The notes under the pieces were generated by a model, which searched no databases, was not told the DNA's origin, and was given only the letters and a program-made list of their open reading frames with translations. DNA of 64,000 bases from the NCBI RefSeq assembly GCF_009914755.1, contig NC_060946.1; one strand, given 5' to 3'. Below, piece after piece: positions 1 to 15,148 of this stretch (the stretch's first letter is position 1; each line of letters starts with the position of its first letter). The position numbers and the translations under genes are program-made. Source of the stretch: the human T2T-CHM13v2.0 reference genome, Homo sapiens.

Positions 1-949
1 CAGGTGGTGAGGGGAGCATATAACATGAAGGGGGAATTTAACTGGATTTCTCTTTCTGGTCAGCCTCCTAGAACAAGCTGTTCTACACCTGGATGCTTGC
101 TTAAACTTAAGGATGAGCAAAGTTTAGGAGCCTGTAGGAAGGAGAAGCCTGACTAAAGTTTGGCTGAGCCAAGTTCATCGGTACTAGCATCATTTGCCCA
201 CCCGCTTCTGAGTTGCACGACCTTGGGTTACTTACTTTTCCACTCCGAGATTCAATTTTCCTTTTTTTCCAAAATGTGGACAATAACTGGTCCCTGCCTC
301 ACAGCATGGTAAGGAATAGATGAAACCCTTTGCAAAGAACCATCGACCTCTATTTCCTCAGGCCTAGAAGAGCACCCAAGGACATAGCAAGTCCCTGTCT
401 ACTGTAGCTGCCATCCTTGTATACCTGCATAAAATGGGGCTGGGTGAGGCTGCTTGTGCTTATGTTTGGAAAGTTCTCTGAGTCTGCAGCATGAAAGCAA
501 GGCTGTCCCCACTCTCTCTGAGCTTGAGACCCCCGCTCACTCCCCTGCAATGACAACCTCTCAAATGCAAGCTTGGTAAATTTGTTCTCAGCCACAAAGG
601 AAATGGATTACAAAGCTTAATTAAAGAGGACATTTTCCATTCTGTTATTTTTTTAATGCATCTGGTTAGGGAAAATAAATACTTTTTATCAGCCAGGAAA
701 TTCTTCAGATGCACTTTAGCCTGGGATGCCAGAACCAAGCAAAATGTTCAGAATCTTCAGTTCTTAGGAATGACATCTAGAAGGTAGGAACTGAGGAAAA
801 GGAACTAGGCAGCTTGAAGAATGGGGAGTGTAGTTATTCTATCTCTGCTCCTTGTCCAGCAGAGGGTGTAACAGATGATGGCAAAGAGTCATTTATTCAA
901 CTGACCTGTGAGCACCCATTAACTCATGCACTTTTCCTACACCATCTTG

Positions 950-1455
950 TAGAATCTAACTCCAAGACCCCATCCCGAGCTCCGGGACCCCCATGACCCA
1001 GCCCTGCTCTTCTGACCTCATTTTCTCCCCCTCCCCTGTCATTCTTCTCCAGTCACATTGGCCTCCTGGTTCCTCCACTAGAGAAGGAGGCCCCTCCCTC
1101 AGGTCACTGCACTAGCTCTTCCCTCTTTCCTCGGCCTGAAATCAGCTCCCTTTCTTACACAACTTGAGTCCCTGCTGAAATACCAGAAAGAACTCCCCAT
1201 CCCCAACCCCTGCTGTGTAAACAGCCCTCCCACTGCCCCTGTACCATGCCCCCCCGCCCCCCGCCACCATGATTCCTTTATACTCATGGGACTTAATACC
1301 ACTTAAAATGATATTTTTACATTTGTTTTCCATGTTCATGTTAAGCCCCCCTACAATGTAAACTCCATGATATCAGGGACTTGGTTTTATGGCTACCAAA
1401 TTTCCATTCTCTAGAACCGCTCCTGGCATAAACATAATAGGTGATTGATAAATAT
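950..1455 (+). mobile_element. L2 LINE 3' remnant
   Basis: L2-type motifs (ccagtcacattggcctcctgg; ...cctggcata...taggtgattgataaatattt at the 3' end); boundaries approximate. Confidence 0.7.
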
Positions 1456-1464
1456 TTCCCTATT

Positions 1465-1630
1465 ATCTCACTTCATCCAGCCTGGAAGGTAGGTATTGTG
1501 GTCCCCATTTGACAGATGGGGAAATAGACCTTCAGAAAAACTAAGTCACTGGTCCAGGGTTGTACAGCTAGGAAAAGGGAGCCCTGGCTTTGAATCCGCA
1601 TCCCAAGCTTCCTGTACCACCCACTGCCTC
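1465..1630 (-). mobile_element. MIR SINE
   Basis: ccccatttgacagatggggaaatagac resembles the reverse MIR core. Confidence 0.75.
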
Positions 1631-2812
1631 CTGAGAAATAATGCCTTTAAAAGTGACTCTCAGGGTTACCCACAGGCTCCAGAGGACCAAGAACTCCGTC
1701 TCAATCCTAAAATGCAGATAGGCTATGAACTCCAGCTCATCAGGGTACTGGCAACTTACATAAACCCCAGGCACTCCTCCAAGATCAGATATCAGATTCG
1801 CTAAGTTCAAGTGTATTGGAATCATCTGTCACCCCTTCAAAATTATTTACTCTAAGCAGTTGATAATGAGAACATTTATAAAGAAGATGCCCACCTGAAT
1901 AGTATCTTAAAGTAACAGACAGTCGGTGTAATGGTTCACTAATTGGTCTTTGCTAAACATCAACTCAAATGGCCAAAATACTCCTTAATGGACCAACTAT
2001 ATTAAAAGTCCAGGTGCAGGTGAGATGGGAAACAGCCTTCAGCTATGCATGCTGTGGGAAGGCCCTGAGGCCCTAAGGAGGCAGCAAGGAATCTGGCAAT
2101 GAACTCAGGCTTTGGAGCCAAATAAACCTTAGAATCCCCCTTCTCCCAGCCCTACTATCTCCTTCCCTACTGCTTACTACTTATAGCCTTAATGGGAAAT
2201 GGGCTGTGATTAACTTCTCTAAGCCTCACTTTCAACATCTACAAGGTGTGGGATGAAAGACATAATAATGGTACCCAAATTTATGGCAGACTATGGAAAA
2301 TAAACCACATTGTACCTACAAAGCACTTGGCACATTCCTTGGCACATGGCAGGTGTTTGATAAATGATAGTTCACACATTTCTCTTCAGTGCACCTGTTT
2401 CCCTGAGCCAAGGGACCCAGAAGTGGGAATTTTATTAACTTTTTAATAAGGAGGCTATGAAATAATCTCAAGACTAGAGTATACTTGGCCATTCTTTTTA
2501 AAACCCCATTCACTGTATTTGCTGCTCACTTGTCTTGCACCAGGCTCTGTGCTCAGCTCTAAAAGAGACAGAGATGAATAAGACATGAACCCCAAGGATA
2601 AGACCCTGGTGATTGTGTCTATGGAGGTAATACTGCATTTTGCCTTCTAAATAAAGTTTGTTTTCTCATGCTTAATTAGTATCATTTCTTCTCTGTGCTT
2701 AGTAATTGGTTCAATGGATTGTTGGAACTGTTGATAACTGTGGTGATAAAAGTACTTTTCAGTTTGGGGCTTTAGCACAGTCTTAACTGTCTCATTGATT
2801 CAGTAAATATTT

Positions 2813-3113
<301 letters not shown>

Positions 3114-3226
3114 TGTATATATTTGGGGGCACTCACTAGGCGACAGGCACTATTTTAGATTCCAGGGATACCATGGTGAACAAAGCAAAGTTCCTGTCCC
3201 CATGGAGCTCATATCTAGCTGGGAAA

Positions 3227-4018
3227 TGTGGTAGTTTTAAGACATGTCTGCAAATTCTTTCATCTTTTTCTCATCAAGATGTGGGTTCTCTATTCCTCAC
3301 CTTGAACCTGGGCCCACCTTAATGATTGGTTGGTCACCAGCATAAAGAGGAAGTGATATTCTGTGACTTCCAGGCTGGGCCATAGAAGCCAGGCAGTTTC
3401 CTCTTGGTTCCCTGGATCACTTGCACTGGAGCTGCCACGTAAGAAGTCTGACCATCCCGAGGCCTCTATGCTGTGAGGAAGCCCAAATTAGTCCACATGG
3501 AGATGCCCTGAGTCTACAAGAAAAGAGAGGACAGACAGAGATGCTCCTCTAGACACCATTTCGCTGAAACCACATGAGGGTTCACCAAGCCAAGACCGCT
3601 GAGCTGAGCCTTTCCCAGGTTCCTGACCACAGAAACCATAAGAGATAATAACGTGATTGATGGTGGCCAGACACAGTGACTCACACCTGAAATCCCAGCA
3701 CTTTGGGAGGCTGAGGTGAGAGAATTGCTTCAGGCCAGGAGTTTGAGACCAGCCTAGGCAACATGGGGTGATCTTATCTCTACAAAAAAGTCTAAATATT
3801 AACCAGATGTGATGGTGCGTACCTGTAGTTCTAGCTATTCAGGAGGCTGAGGTGGGAGGATCACTTTAGCCCAGGAGTTTGAGGCTGCAGTGAGGTATGA
3901 TTATACCACCGGACTCCAGCCTGGGTAACAGAGTGAGACCTTGTCTCTAAAAAAAAAAAAAAAAAGATTAATGTTGTTTTGGGGGTGGTGTATGATGCAT
4001 CAATGGATAACCAGAATA
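3227..4018 (+). mobile_element. MaLR solo LTR (MLT1G/H-like), split by AluJ
   Basis: tgtggtag start, gataaccagaata end, TSD gggaaa/gggaga. Confidence 0.8.
3665..3965 (+). mobile_element. AluJ
   Basis: J diagnostics (ggaggatcactttagcccaggagtttgaggctgcagtgag), A-tail, TSD gattgatggt/gattaatgtt. Confidence 0.93.
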
Positions 4019-4359
4019 GGGAGAACATAATAAACAAACACATTTATCAAGTAATGATAAGAAATATTAAGAAAAGGAAAGCAGAACAAGAGAATAAATT
4101 GACATGGGTGTCATCAGGGAAGACCTCCTTGAGGTGGTGACAACTGCACAAATATCAAGGAAGGAGCCTCATGCAGCATTCCCAGTGAAGGGAACAGCAA
4201 GCATGAAGGCCCTGCGGCAGGAACATGCTTAGAATACTCAAGGTCAAGCAAGAAGGAAAGTGTAGCTGGGCCACAGTGAGGGAAGAAAGGAATAGAGGAA
4301 AGTTAGATTAGAGTAGAAGGCATGGGTCAAATAGGGCCTTACAAGATAGCATCATCAGA

Positions 4360-4625
4360 ATAAAGATTAACACTCACAAAGTACTTACTTACAAACTGTC
4401 AGGCATTATTTCAAGCACGTTCCATGTATAAATCCATTTACTATCACAGCATCCTTCAAGGTAAGTAATAGCATTAACCTGATTTTACAGATGAGAAAAC
4501 AAAGGCACAGAAAGGTAAAATAAGTTGCCAAAGATCACAGAACGTGGTGAGCGACAGAGCTAGGATTTGAATTCAGTCAGTCTGTCTCCAGAACCCATGA
4601 CTTACTTAACCACTACTCCTCAATG
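4360..4625 (-). mobile_element. MIR (near full length)
   Basis: gattttacagatgagaaaacaaaggcacagaaaggt...ggatttgaattcag. Confidence 0.8.
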
Positions 4626-5207
4626 CCAGGGTGAGAAATTTGATTGCATTCTAGGTTGCGTGGGAAGCCACTGAAACTCTGAACAGGGGCATAGTGTGGC
4701 AGGGCTGACATTGCATCAAGGTTGTTCTGGCTGTGCTGTGGAGCATGGATCATAGAGAGGCAAGGGTGGAATCCAAAAGACTCGCCAGGGAATTATTGCA
4801 GTCCCAGTAAGAGATGATGTTGGCTTGCACTAGGGCAACAGCTCTGGAGGGAGTACAGAGTGGGTGGATTGGGAATAAAACTTGGAGCTGAAATGACCTG
4901 CTGATGGGTAGAACCAGATGTGAAAGAAGAACCAAGGATGACTCCCTGAGGGTTTCAGTATGAACTACTGGATGAGCAGTGATGCCTTTTAATAAGAAAG
5001 GAAACTGAGGAAGGGGCAGATTTGGGAATCAGTCCTTCTGAGGCAGTTCTAAATCTTAGTCATTTCTACATGGACCCGCCAGTCTCCAGCACAAGGCCTA
5101 ACACATAGGAGGGTGTGAGCAATATTGTTTGAACAACGGGGCCACTAAGATCCAAGTTTGGCCTTGCCAGAGGCTATCATCCTCAAAGATTAAAAATTGT
5201 AATTTCT

Positions 5208-5497
<290 letters not shown>

Positions 5498-5971
5498 ATT
5501 CATAATTTCTTTCTAAAATCATCAAAGATGACCTCAAAAATCCTTCTTCGTCATTTACACTTTAACATAAATGATTTTTGTCACATCTTCTCCTGGGATC
5601 ACTTTGTAAGATCGGGGGAGAGGGTTGGAGTTGGGGGAAGGTCCTGAATACTTGGGTAAGAGATGAGACCACACCTCTGCAAGTTCAATGGGCAAGTTCA
5701 AAGGCCTCCTGAACTCCTGTAGATCTTACATGCACAGCACCCAAAGTGGAAATGATTGCACTGACTGAATAGCACCCATGTTCCAGGCCTCATACTAAGC
5801 ACATGTCATACCTCATTTTATTTGACCTCAAGAACACCATGTGAGTGCAGTCCTGTTATCCCCTTCCAAGTGATGCAACTGCTCTGATAGACAGCAAATA
5901 ATTTGCTGATGGTCTCACAACTTCTAAGTGATAGAGGTAGTATTTAGTCCAAGGTTGATTCAAAAATTGGT

Positions 5972-6410
5972 GCTCTATTCACAATAGCAAAGACATGGAA
6001 TCAACCTAGGTGCTCATCAATGGTGGACTAGATAAAGAAAATGTGGTACATATACACCATGGAATACTGTACAGCCATAAAAAAGAATGAGCTCATGTCC
6101 TTTGCAGCAACATGGATGCAGATTGAGGCCATTATCCTAATTGAATGAATGCAGACACAGAAAACCAAATGCCACATGTTCTCACTTAGAAGTGGGAGCT
6201 AAATATTGTGTACACATGGATATAAAGACAAGAACAATAGACACTACAGACTCCAAATGGAGGAGGGCTGAAGCGGGCAAGGGTTGAAAAACTACCTACT
6301 GGTTACTATGCTCACTATTTGGGTGATGGGTTCAATTCAAGCCCAAACCTCAGCATCACACAATATATCCATGTAGCAAATCTGCACATGTACCCTCTGA
6401 ATCTAAATTT
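5972..6410 (+). mobile_element. L1PB-type 3' end (5'-truncated), inserted in a MIR
   Basis: ttcacaatagcaaagacatggaatcaacc...aagcccaaacctcagcatcacacaatatatccatgt...tgaatctaaa. Confidence 0.88.
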
Positions 6411-6712
6411 TATTTCTAGCAGTACTTTTCCCACTCTGCCACCCTGGGAGAAAGACTGACGAGGTACAATGAGCACTACAAGGTGTCCCAGGCACAAGGT
6501 CCCTGACCTGGCTCCGCCCCTCACCAGGTGAGGACCTTAGGTCAGTGACTTTCCTTTTGTGTGCCTCAGTTTTCTCATCTTCGAAAGGAATAGTAATGAG
6601 GTTCCTAACCTCATTATGCTTCTGTAGGGACACAGAAAGTAAGGTGCTGGCAACTGTTCTTGTTACAGTACTAACAATCATGGCAGGCCTCCTGGAGGAG
6701 TGGAAAGCAGTG

Positions 6713-7413
<701 letters not shown>

Positions 7414-8039
7414 CAGTTCCAAGCTGCGCTTCCTCTCTCATTGCCCAGACTTTCCAGACAGGACTTTCTGCCTCCTGCTCTCTGAGGGCCCTCCCCCTCT
7501 AAACATGCAAATGTACTCACTCAGTTCCCAGGAAATGCGAAGCAGACAGCCCTGGAATTCAAAACAGCCTGCAGACTGCAGCCTCTTATTTTAATGATTC
7601 TAATTTATCTCCAGAATTATCAATAATAAATCAAACTAAGTGGAACTAAAACAACTTTCCCTGTGGCTGTGTCATGTTCTGTTGGAAAAGACGACCCCTT
7701 CAAAAGGCTGTGTTGATCACCAGCTCCTCCATCTGCCCAGCGAGCAGGTTCCCTGAAAAGGTGCTCAGTGACTTTCCTCCATGGAGAAAGACGTTTTCCA
7801 TTTGTGCCTAACCAGCCATGCACAGTTTCAGGAGCACCACATATAACCCTCATTTAATTTAAGCTTATGGGTTAGGAATGAGTATGACCTCATTATACTA
7901 ACGGGAAAACTGAGGCACAGAGGGGTTCAGTGAACCTTTCAAAGTCACAGAGCGGGGATACTAACCCAGCCCTCCCTAGCCCCAGTCCCACGTTCCCTCC
8001 CATGAAAAAGTTGCCTCTGAGCTGCAGATATCAGCTTGG

Positions 8040-8220
8040 TACCCTGGAAAAGGCTCAGGCTTTGGAATTCAGCATCTGGGTCTGAGTTCCTCCTCTGCCT
8101 TTAATGATGGGTAAGCATTCAGGGAAGTAGCTGAGTCTCACTGAGCTTCCTTTCCCATCTCTAAAAGTGGCAGCTTATCATGCTTAAAGGACAACCATGT
8201 AAGTAACTCCAGAGAGCCCC
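8040..8220 (+). mobile_element. MIR (degenerate; part of the donor of the inverted copy at 8831-9054)
   Basis: ggctttggaattcagcatctgggtctgagttcctcctctgcc...ctgagcttcctttcccatctctaaaagtgg. Confidence 0.65.
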
Positions 8221-8774
8221 TAGAACAAAGAACACAGGAACAGCGTCCCTGGAGGTGATCCGTGGGGTGGTGGGGAATACATCCCTCAGCAGGTTGTAGG
8301 AAGACTGAATTAATAGTGGCAAATCACAAAGTAAAGTGCCTGTGACTTAATCAATAATCACAATTATCATTATTTATTATGATGTTTGTCTGGATTCTTG
8401 CCGATATTCACAAGCTGAACTTCAGGTGTAATAAGAACGGCATTGACGTACCACCTCCTGCTTAGCCAGTGGAATAATTGTAAATTATGGTCAGTAAAGG
8501 GGAATGTTCTTGAAACCATGGGAATTCAAAAGTACATCATCCAGCCTGAATGACTACTTTGGAAAATAAGGAAGATGAGGTCAAAGAAGTTGTAAAATTG
8601 TTGGAGGTCACACAAGCACCGTCTGGTGGAATCATGGTGAGAAGACGGGTCTCTCCTGTCCCTCAGCATCTTCCTTCCTGGACTTCCTCCCCAACAGAAT
8701 AACAGCTCTGGTCTGTTGCACCACACTATGCAGTTGAAATGTTGCTTTCACCGATATTACTACTTTTTGGTCCT

Positions 8775-9417
8775 TGTTACATGTTGAATTATGTCCCCCA
8801 GAAAGAGATTTTGAAGTTCTAACCTCCTGTAGCGGTGTATTCCCCGCTACCCCCCACGGATCACCTCCAGGGGTGCTGTTCCTGTGTTCTCTCTTTTGGG
8901 AGCTCTTGGGAGTTACTTAGACGGTGGTGCTTTAATAATTATAAGCTGCCCTTTTTAGAGATGGGAAAGGAAGCTCACCCAGACTCAGCTACTTCCCTGA
9001 ACACCTACCCATCGTTAAAGGCAGAGGAGAAACTCAGACCCAGATGTTGAACTCTTATTTGGAAATAGAATCTTTATAGCTGTAATCAACTTATGACAAG
9101 TCACACTAGAGTAGGGTAGACCCTAAATCCAGTATGACTGGTGGCCTGGAGAAGAGATGACAAAGGCAGAGATTGGAGTGCTGGGTCTGTAAACCAAGGG
9201 ATGCCAAGGATTGCCAGCAACACCAGAAGTGAGGAGAAAGACGTGGAGCAGCTTCTCCTCATAGACCTTTAGAGAGAGCACAGCCCTGCTGACCCCTTGA
9301 TTGCTGACCCCTTGATTTCTGACCCCAGCCTCCAGAAGTGTTTGAGAAGAAATTTCTGTGGCTTGAGGCCACCTGGTTTGTGGTACTTTGTTACAGCACC
9401 CCTAGCAAACTAATACA
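8775..9417 (+). mobile_element. MLT1B/C solo LTR interrupted by a 224-bp inverted local duplication
   Basis: tgttacatgttgaattatgtcccc...gcaaactaataca; TSD gtcct/gtccc. Confidence 0.85.
8831..9054 (-). repeat. Inverted duplicate of 8065-8286
   Basis: Manual alignment to the reverse complement: about 190/222 identical, one 2-bp indel. Confidence 0.95.
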
Positions 9418-9599
9418 GTCCCCCCAAGCAGACACTGGAATAATGTTCCCTGCTTTTTCAGGCAAGAGTCCAATCTCAGAAGGTATGAATGGCTAAGACG
9501 TCACCAAACCCTCCTACCTCACTGCTCTCCAATCGCACTGGCCTCTTTCTCTTCCTCAAAGTCACCAGGGCCTTGGCACTTGATCCTCCTGTTGGGAAC

Positions 9600-10022
9600 T
9601 GTGTTAGCCTGTTCTTCCTTTGCTATAAAGAAATACATGAGACTGGGTAACTTATAAAGAAAAGAGATTTAAATGGCTCATGGTTCTGCAGGCTATACAG
9701 AAAGCATTGTACTGGCATCTGCTCAGCTTCTATGGAGGTTTAGGAAGCTTCCAATCATGGTGGAATGTGAAGGGGGAGCAGGCACATCACATGGCCAGAG
9801 CAGGAGCAAGAGCATGGGTGGGGGGAGATACCACACCCTTTTAAACAATCAGATCTCACAAGGCCTCACTATCATGAGGACAGCACCAAGGGGATGAGGT
9901 TAAACCATTCATGAGAAATTCATCCCCATGATCCAATCACCTCCCACCAGGCCCCACCTCCAATGCTGGGGATTACAATTCAACATGAGATTTGAGCAGG
10001 GACAAATATACAAACTGTATCA
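9600..10022 (-). mobile_element. MSTA/MSTB solo LTR inserted in an L2 remnant
   Basis: MST motifs; perfect 5-bp TSD GGAAC (9595-9599, 10023-10027). Confidence 0.92.
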
Positions 10023-10469
10023 GGAACACTCTTCCCAGACCTTGAAGTCAGCTGCCTCCTCCTTCCCCACCCCAGGCCTTTATCCAACATTACTCTTCAA
10101 AGAGGTCTCCCTCCCCCACCACTACCCACCTCAGTCCCTCTCTTTATATGATGCCCTCTCCTTCTTCATCCCTCTCAAGGCACCAGAGTGCTTATCACTT
10201 GGATATATGTTGATTATCTCTCTCCCTCCGCAAAAATATTTGCTTCTTTGAGGAACTGGAATTCTGTCTGTCTCTTTCTTTCCTGTCTTTTTAGATGGGA
10301 GCACATAACTGATGCTCAGTAAGTACCTGTTAATAGACTGGAAAGAGCAGGAGCTTTGAGATCAAACCTGTGTTCATAATTTAACTTCACCTTTTTTACT
10401 TTGGTGACTTTATTCGTGTTCTTAAACCTTCCTGGTGCTCAGTGTCCTTGTCTATCAAGTAAGAACAAT

Positions 10470-10700
10470 AATAGACAACATCTACTGAGCTTTTCTTTGT
10501 GCCAGGTGCTGTCCTAAGCATTCGAAAGGCATGAATGCATTTAAACTTCACAAAAACCATATGGTAGAGGTACAGTTGTTATGCCCATTTTACAGTAGAA
10601 GAAACAGACAGAGAAGCTGAGTAACATCCCCAACATTCACACACTGCACTGGAATTTGACTTCTTCTTTGACCAGAATGCCTGCACTTAAGCATTAGGAT
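10470..10700 (-). mobile_element. MIR
   Basis: gtgccaggtgctgtcctaagc...cccattttacagtagaagaaac. Confidence 0.7.
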
Positions 10701-11220
10701 TTGCTCTTCCAACAGTGCCAAGGATTTTTATCTCATTAGGCGGTAGTGAGGACTGGAAATGATTCATGTACAGTACTGAGTGTGGCCCCTAGCATATAAT
10801 TCGAGATCAACTTATAAAACTCATCAAAGTGTTGCTGACATTTTGCAACTCTTGTTACAACACTCAAATCCAGTGTCTTGTTACTCTTGTTTTCTACTTT
10901 CTTCAGTGGTTCATTAATCAGTGCTCCACCCTTTATTTTACCCTATGTGCTAGCCATTGGAATCCACAGGCAAATTTTGCTACTGCAATTGGCCCAACAG
11001 GGGACTGGGAGAGATTCCTCTATCTCGGATTCAACAGAGCTCAGTTTTGTTCAACAAACTCCCTCTGAGCCCCTAATTATGTCCCAGGCACCGCAGCAAC
11101 CAGGGCACAGGGAACAGGCCTTCAACTCCAGCCTGCCACTATCTAATCTTCCAGCTTCACATTCTAACCCAGGTCTGCACAAGAAGAAAGAAAGCCCGAT
11201 CATGAGAGCATCGGCAGTAG

Positions 11221-11541
<321 letters not shown>

Positions 11542-12360
11542 TGAGGGACAAGCATTAGACAGAAATCAGAAGACTTGGGCTCCAATCCTCAGTAGATAGG
11601 ATGGGCTGGTAGGTAAACAAGGGCTTTACAGTCAGACACACATGGGTTAAAATCCAAATCTGCTAACTGGCCACATGATTTCTGAGCTCTTTAAGCTCGC
11701 TGAGCCTGTTTCTTCATTGTAAAATAGGAGCCACAGTATTGCCCATTTTGCAGGACTTTCTAAAGGATTACATGTAACATACATGTAGTACGTACTTAAT
11801 AAACGGTGGCTACTATTACTACTCTTATTACCAGTGGTATCATCTTGAGTAAGTCAATTACTCATAATTACTCTCTTTGAGGTCTGGCCTCTCATCTATA
11901 AAACAAGGTTAATAATCCTCATTCTTAAAGAGATGTTGGGATAACTTAATAAAACACGTATGTTAAAAGCCATACCATAGAGGTGGTGGTTGCACAACAT
12001 TGAGAATGTACTTCAATATCTGCACAGGCCTGGTGCTGGCAGTGCCCTTTGTACTGAGGTGTTGGAGCAGGACAACAGTGAAGTTCATTAGGAATGCAAC
12101 CCAGGGTGGGCTGCTGGGGTCCATCCTGTCTGAGGGGCCAGGAGTGGAGCCCACACTCACTCAAGTCCCACTTTGGGGCAAGCCTGAGCGCCCAGCTGTT
12201 CTGTGGAGGCACAGACACTCGCCCTCAACAAGAAAACCATTTCAGAATCATTTCTTGAATGACCCAGAAAGGCCACTGTGCCAGTCTGTCCATTTCATTT
12301 TAACAGGAAATAATCAGGTACTTTTCCTGGCTTGGAGCAAGAATGGATCCTCTTTACTGT

Positions 12361-12398
<38 letters not shown>

Positions 12399-12401
<3 letters not shown>

Positions 12402-12702
12402 CAGGCGCGGTGGCTCACGCCTGTAATCCCAGTACTTTGGGAGGCCGAGGTGGGCAGATCACGAGGTCAGGAGATCGAGACCGTCCTGGCTAACATGGTG
12501 AAATCCCGTCTGTACTAAAAATGCAAAAAATTAGCCAGGCGTGGTGGTGAGCGCCTGTAGTCCCAGCTACTCGGGAGGCTGAGGCAGGAGAATGGCGTGA
12601 AACCTAGGAGGCAGAGCTTGCAGTGAGCCAAGATCACACCACTCCACTCCAGCCTGGGCAACAGAGCGAGACTCTGTCTCAAAAACAAACAAACAAAAAA
12701 AA
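12399..12702 (+). mobile_element. AluY
   Basis: gagatcgagacc.tcctggctaac, gagaatggcgtgaa, gagcttgcagtg; preceded by A34. Confidence 0.95.
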
Positions 12703-12940
12703 CACTCATGGACACAGGGAGGGGAACATCACACACACACAGAGGCCTGTTGGGGGGATGGGGGCCAAGGGGAAGGAGAGCATTAGGACAAATACCTAAT
12801 ACATGCGGGGCTTAAAACCTAGATGACGGGTTGATAGGTGCAGCAAACTACCACGGCACATGTGTACCTATGTCACAAACCTGCACGTTCTGCACACATA
12901 TCCCAGAACTTAAAGTAAAATAAAAAATAAAAATAAAAAA
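12703..12940 (+). mobile_element. L1PA7/8-type 3' UTR end
   Basis: catggacacagggaggggaacatcacac...ggggcttaaaacctagatgacgggttgatagg...cccagaacttaaagtaaaat plus A-tail. Confidence 0.9.
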
Positions 12941-13075
12941 GAGAAAGAGAGTGAATGTACTTAACGCCACTGAATTATACACTTAAAAATGGTTAAAATG
13001 GTAAATTTTGTTATATATATTTTACCACAATGAAAAAACTGAAAATTAGAAAAACCAACAAAATAAGCCATTCCA

Positions 13076-13800
<725 letters not shown>

Positions 13801-14242
13801 GAACTTCCGTGGTGGGGAATTCCCAAGTATAAGGAAAGTGTGCACAGATACTGTGCCACCAAAAGTCCCCTAAAAGTCCATTTCAGGGGCTTTGAAACCC
13901 AAGCTGACTTGGGTTTTAATACCAGCTCTAGTAATCGCAGGCCATATAATTTGCAGCAAATAATCTCTCTGATTCTCAGTTTCCTCATCATGAGAGAGGA
14001 GTATTAACACCTACTTTCAGAGATTTTATTCAAATCTTGAAAATAATACATCCAAAATTACAGCATATTATAGGTCCTTCCTCCACACGCCCAACAAACG
14101 CAATTGAGCAATTGGACAGGAAAACTTTTTGACAACGTACCACCATGAATGGCCTTAATGCTGGCGATCTCTGCCATGGGATATTGTCTTTTCCATGAAC
14201 ATGCCAGACACCATCTTCATAAAAAGAAAGTCAATCTTGACG

Positions 14243-14592
14243 TGTCTTAGTCCATCTGTGCTGCTATAACAAAAATACCTTAAAATAGGTGGCTTATAAA
14301 CAACAGAAATATATTTTTCACAATTCTAGAGCCTGGGGAGTCCAAGGTGAAGACAGTGGAACATTTCATGTCTGGTGAAGGTCCATTCCCTGTAGACGGC
14401 ACTTTCTCACTGTAACCTCACATGGCAGAAGGAGTGAGGTAGCTCTCTGGGGTCTCTTTTGTAACAGCACTAATCTGACAGCCTTCATGACTCAGTCACC
14501 TCCCAAAGACACTACGTCCTAATACCATCACCTTGAGGGTTAGAATTTTGATACACGAATTTGAGGAGAACACAAACCTCTAGACAATAGCA
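14243..14592 (-). mobile_element. MLT1A solo LTR
   Basis: tgtcttagtccatctgtgctgctataaca...caatagca; TSD tgacg/tgagg. Confidence 0.87.
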
Positions 14593-14792
14593 TGAGGCAA
14601 CTTGCAGACTTCCCGCTGAATAAGACCATGGCAGACACAAAAAAGACCCCAGTTCCAGGGGAGAGAATAGCCTAGCTGAGGGTGAGGGCTGAGCAATAGG
14701 AAGCTCTTCCATTGCAGGGGCATGTGCCTATGCATGGCCTGGAAGAGAAGAAATGCAGCATGCATGTCCCAGCAAAGGGACATATGACATAA

Positions 14793-15148
<356 letters not shown>

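Larger units (their letters stand above)
11978..13064 (+). mobile_element. Very short L1MA9/MB-type 3' end, split by a ~940-bp insertion
   Basis: tagaggtggtggttgcacaacattgagaatgtactt resumes as gtgaatgtacttaacgccactgaattatacacttaaaaatgg; TSD aagccatacca/aagccattcca. Confidence 0.8.

Noticed and set aside
1-180. Possible ERV LTR end (gcctgactaaagtttgg)
   Set aside because: Truncated by the window edge; family cannot be assigned reliably
12000-12518. 172-aa ORF across the orphan segment, A34 and AluY
   Set aside because: Poly-K and the C-terminus come from the A-tract and Alu; the N-terminal part resembles no protein I recognise; no promoter or splice support
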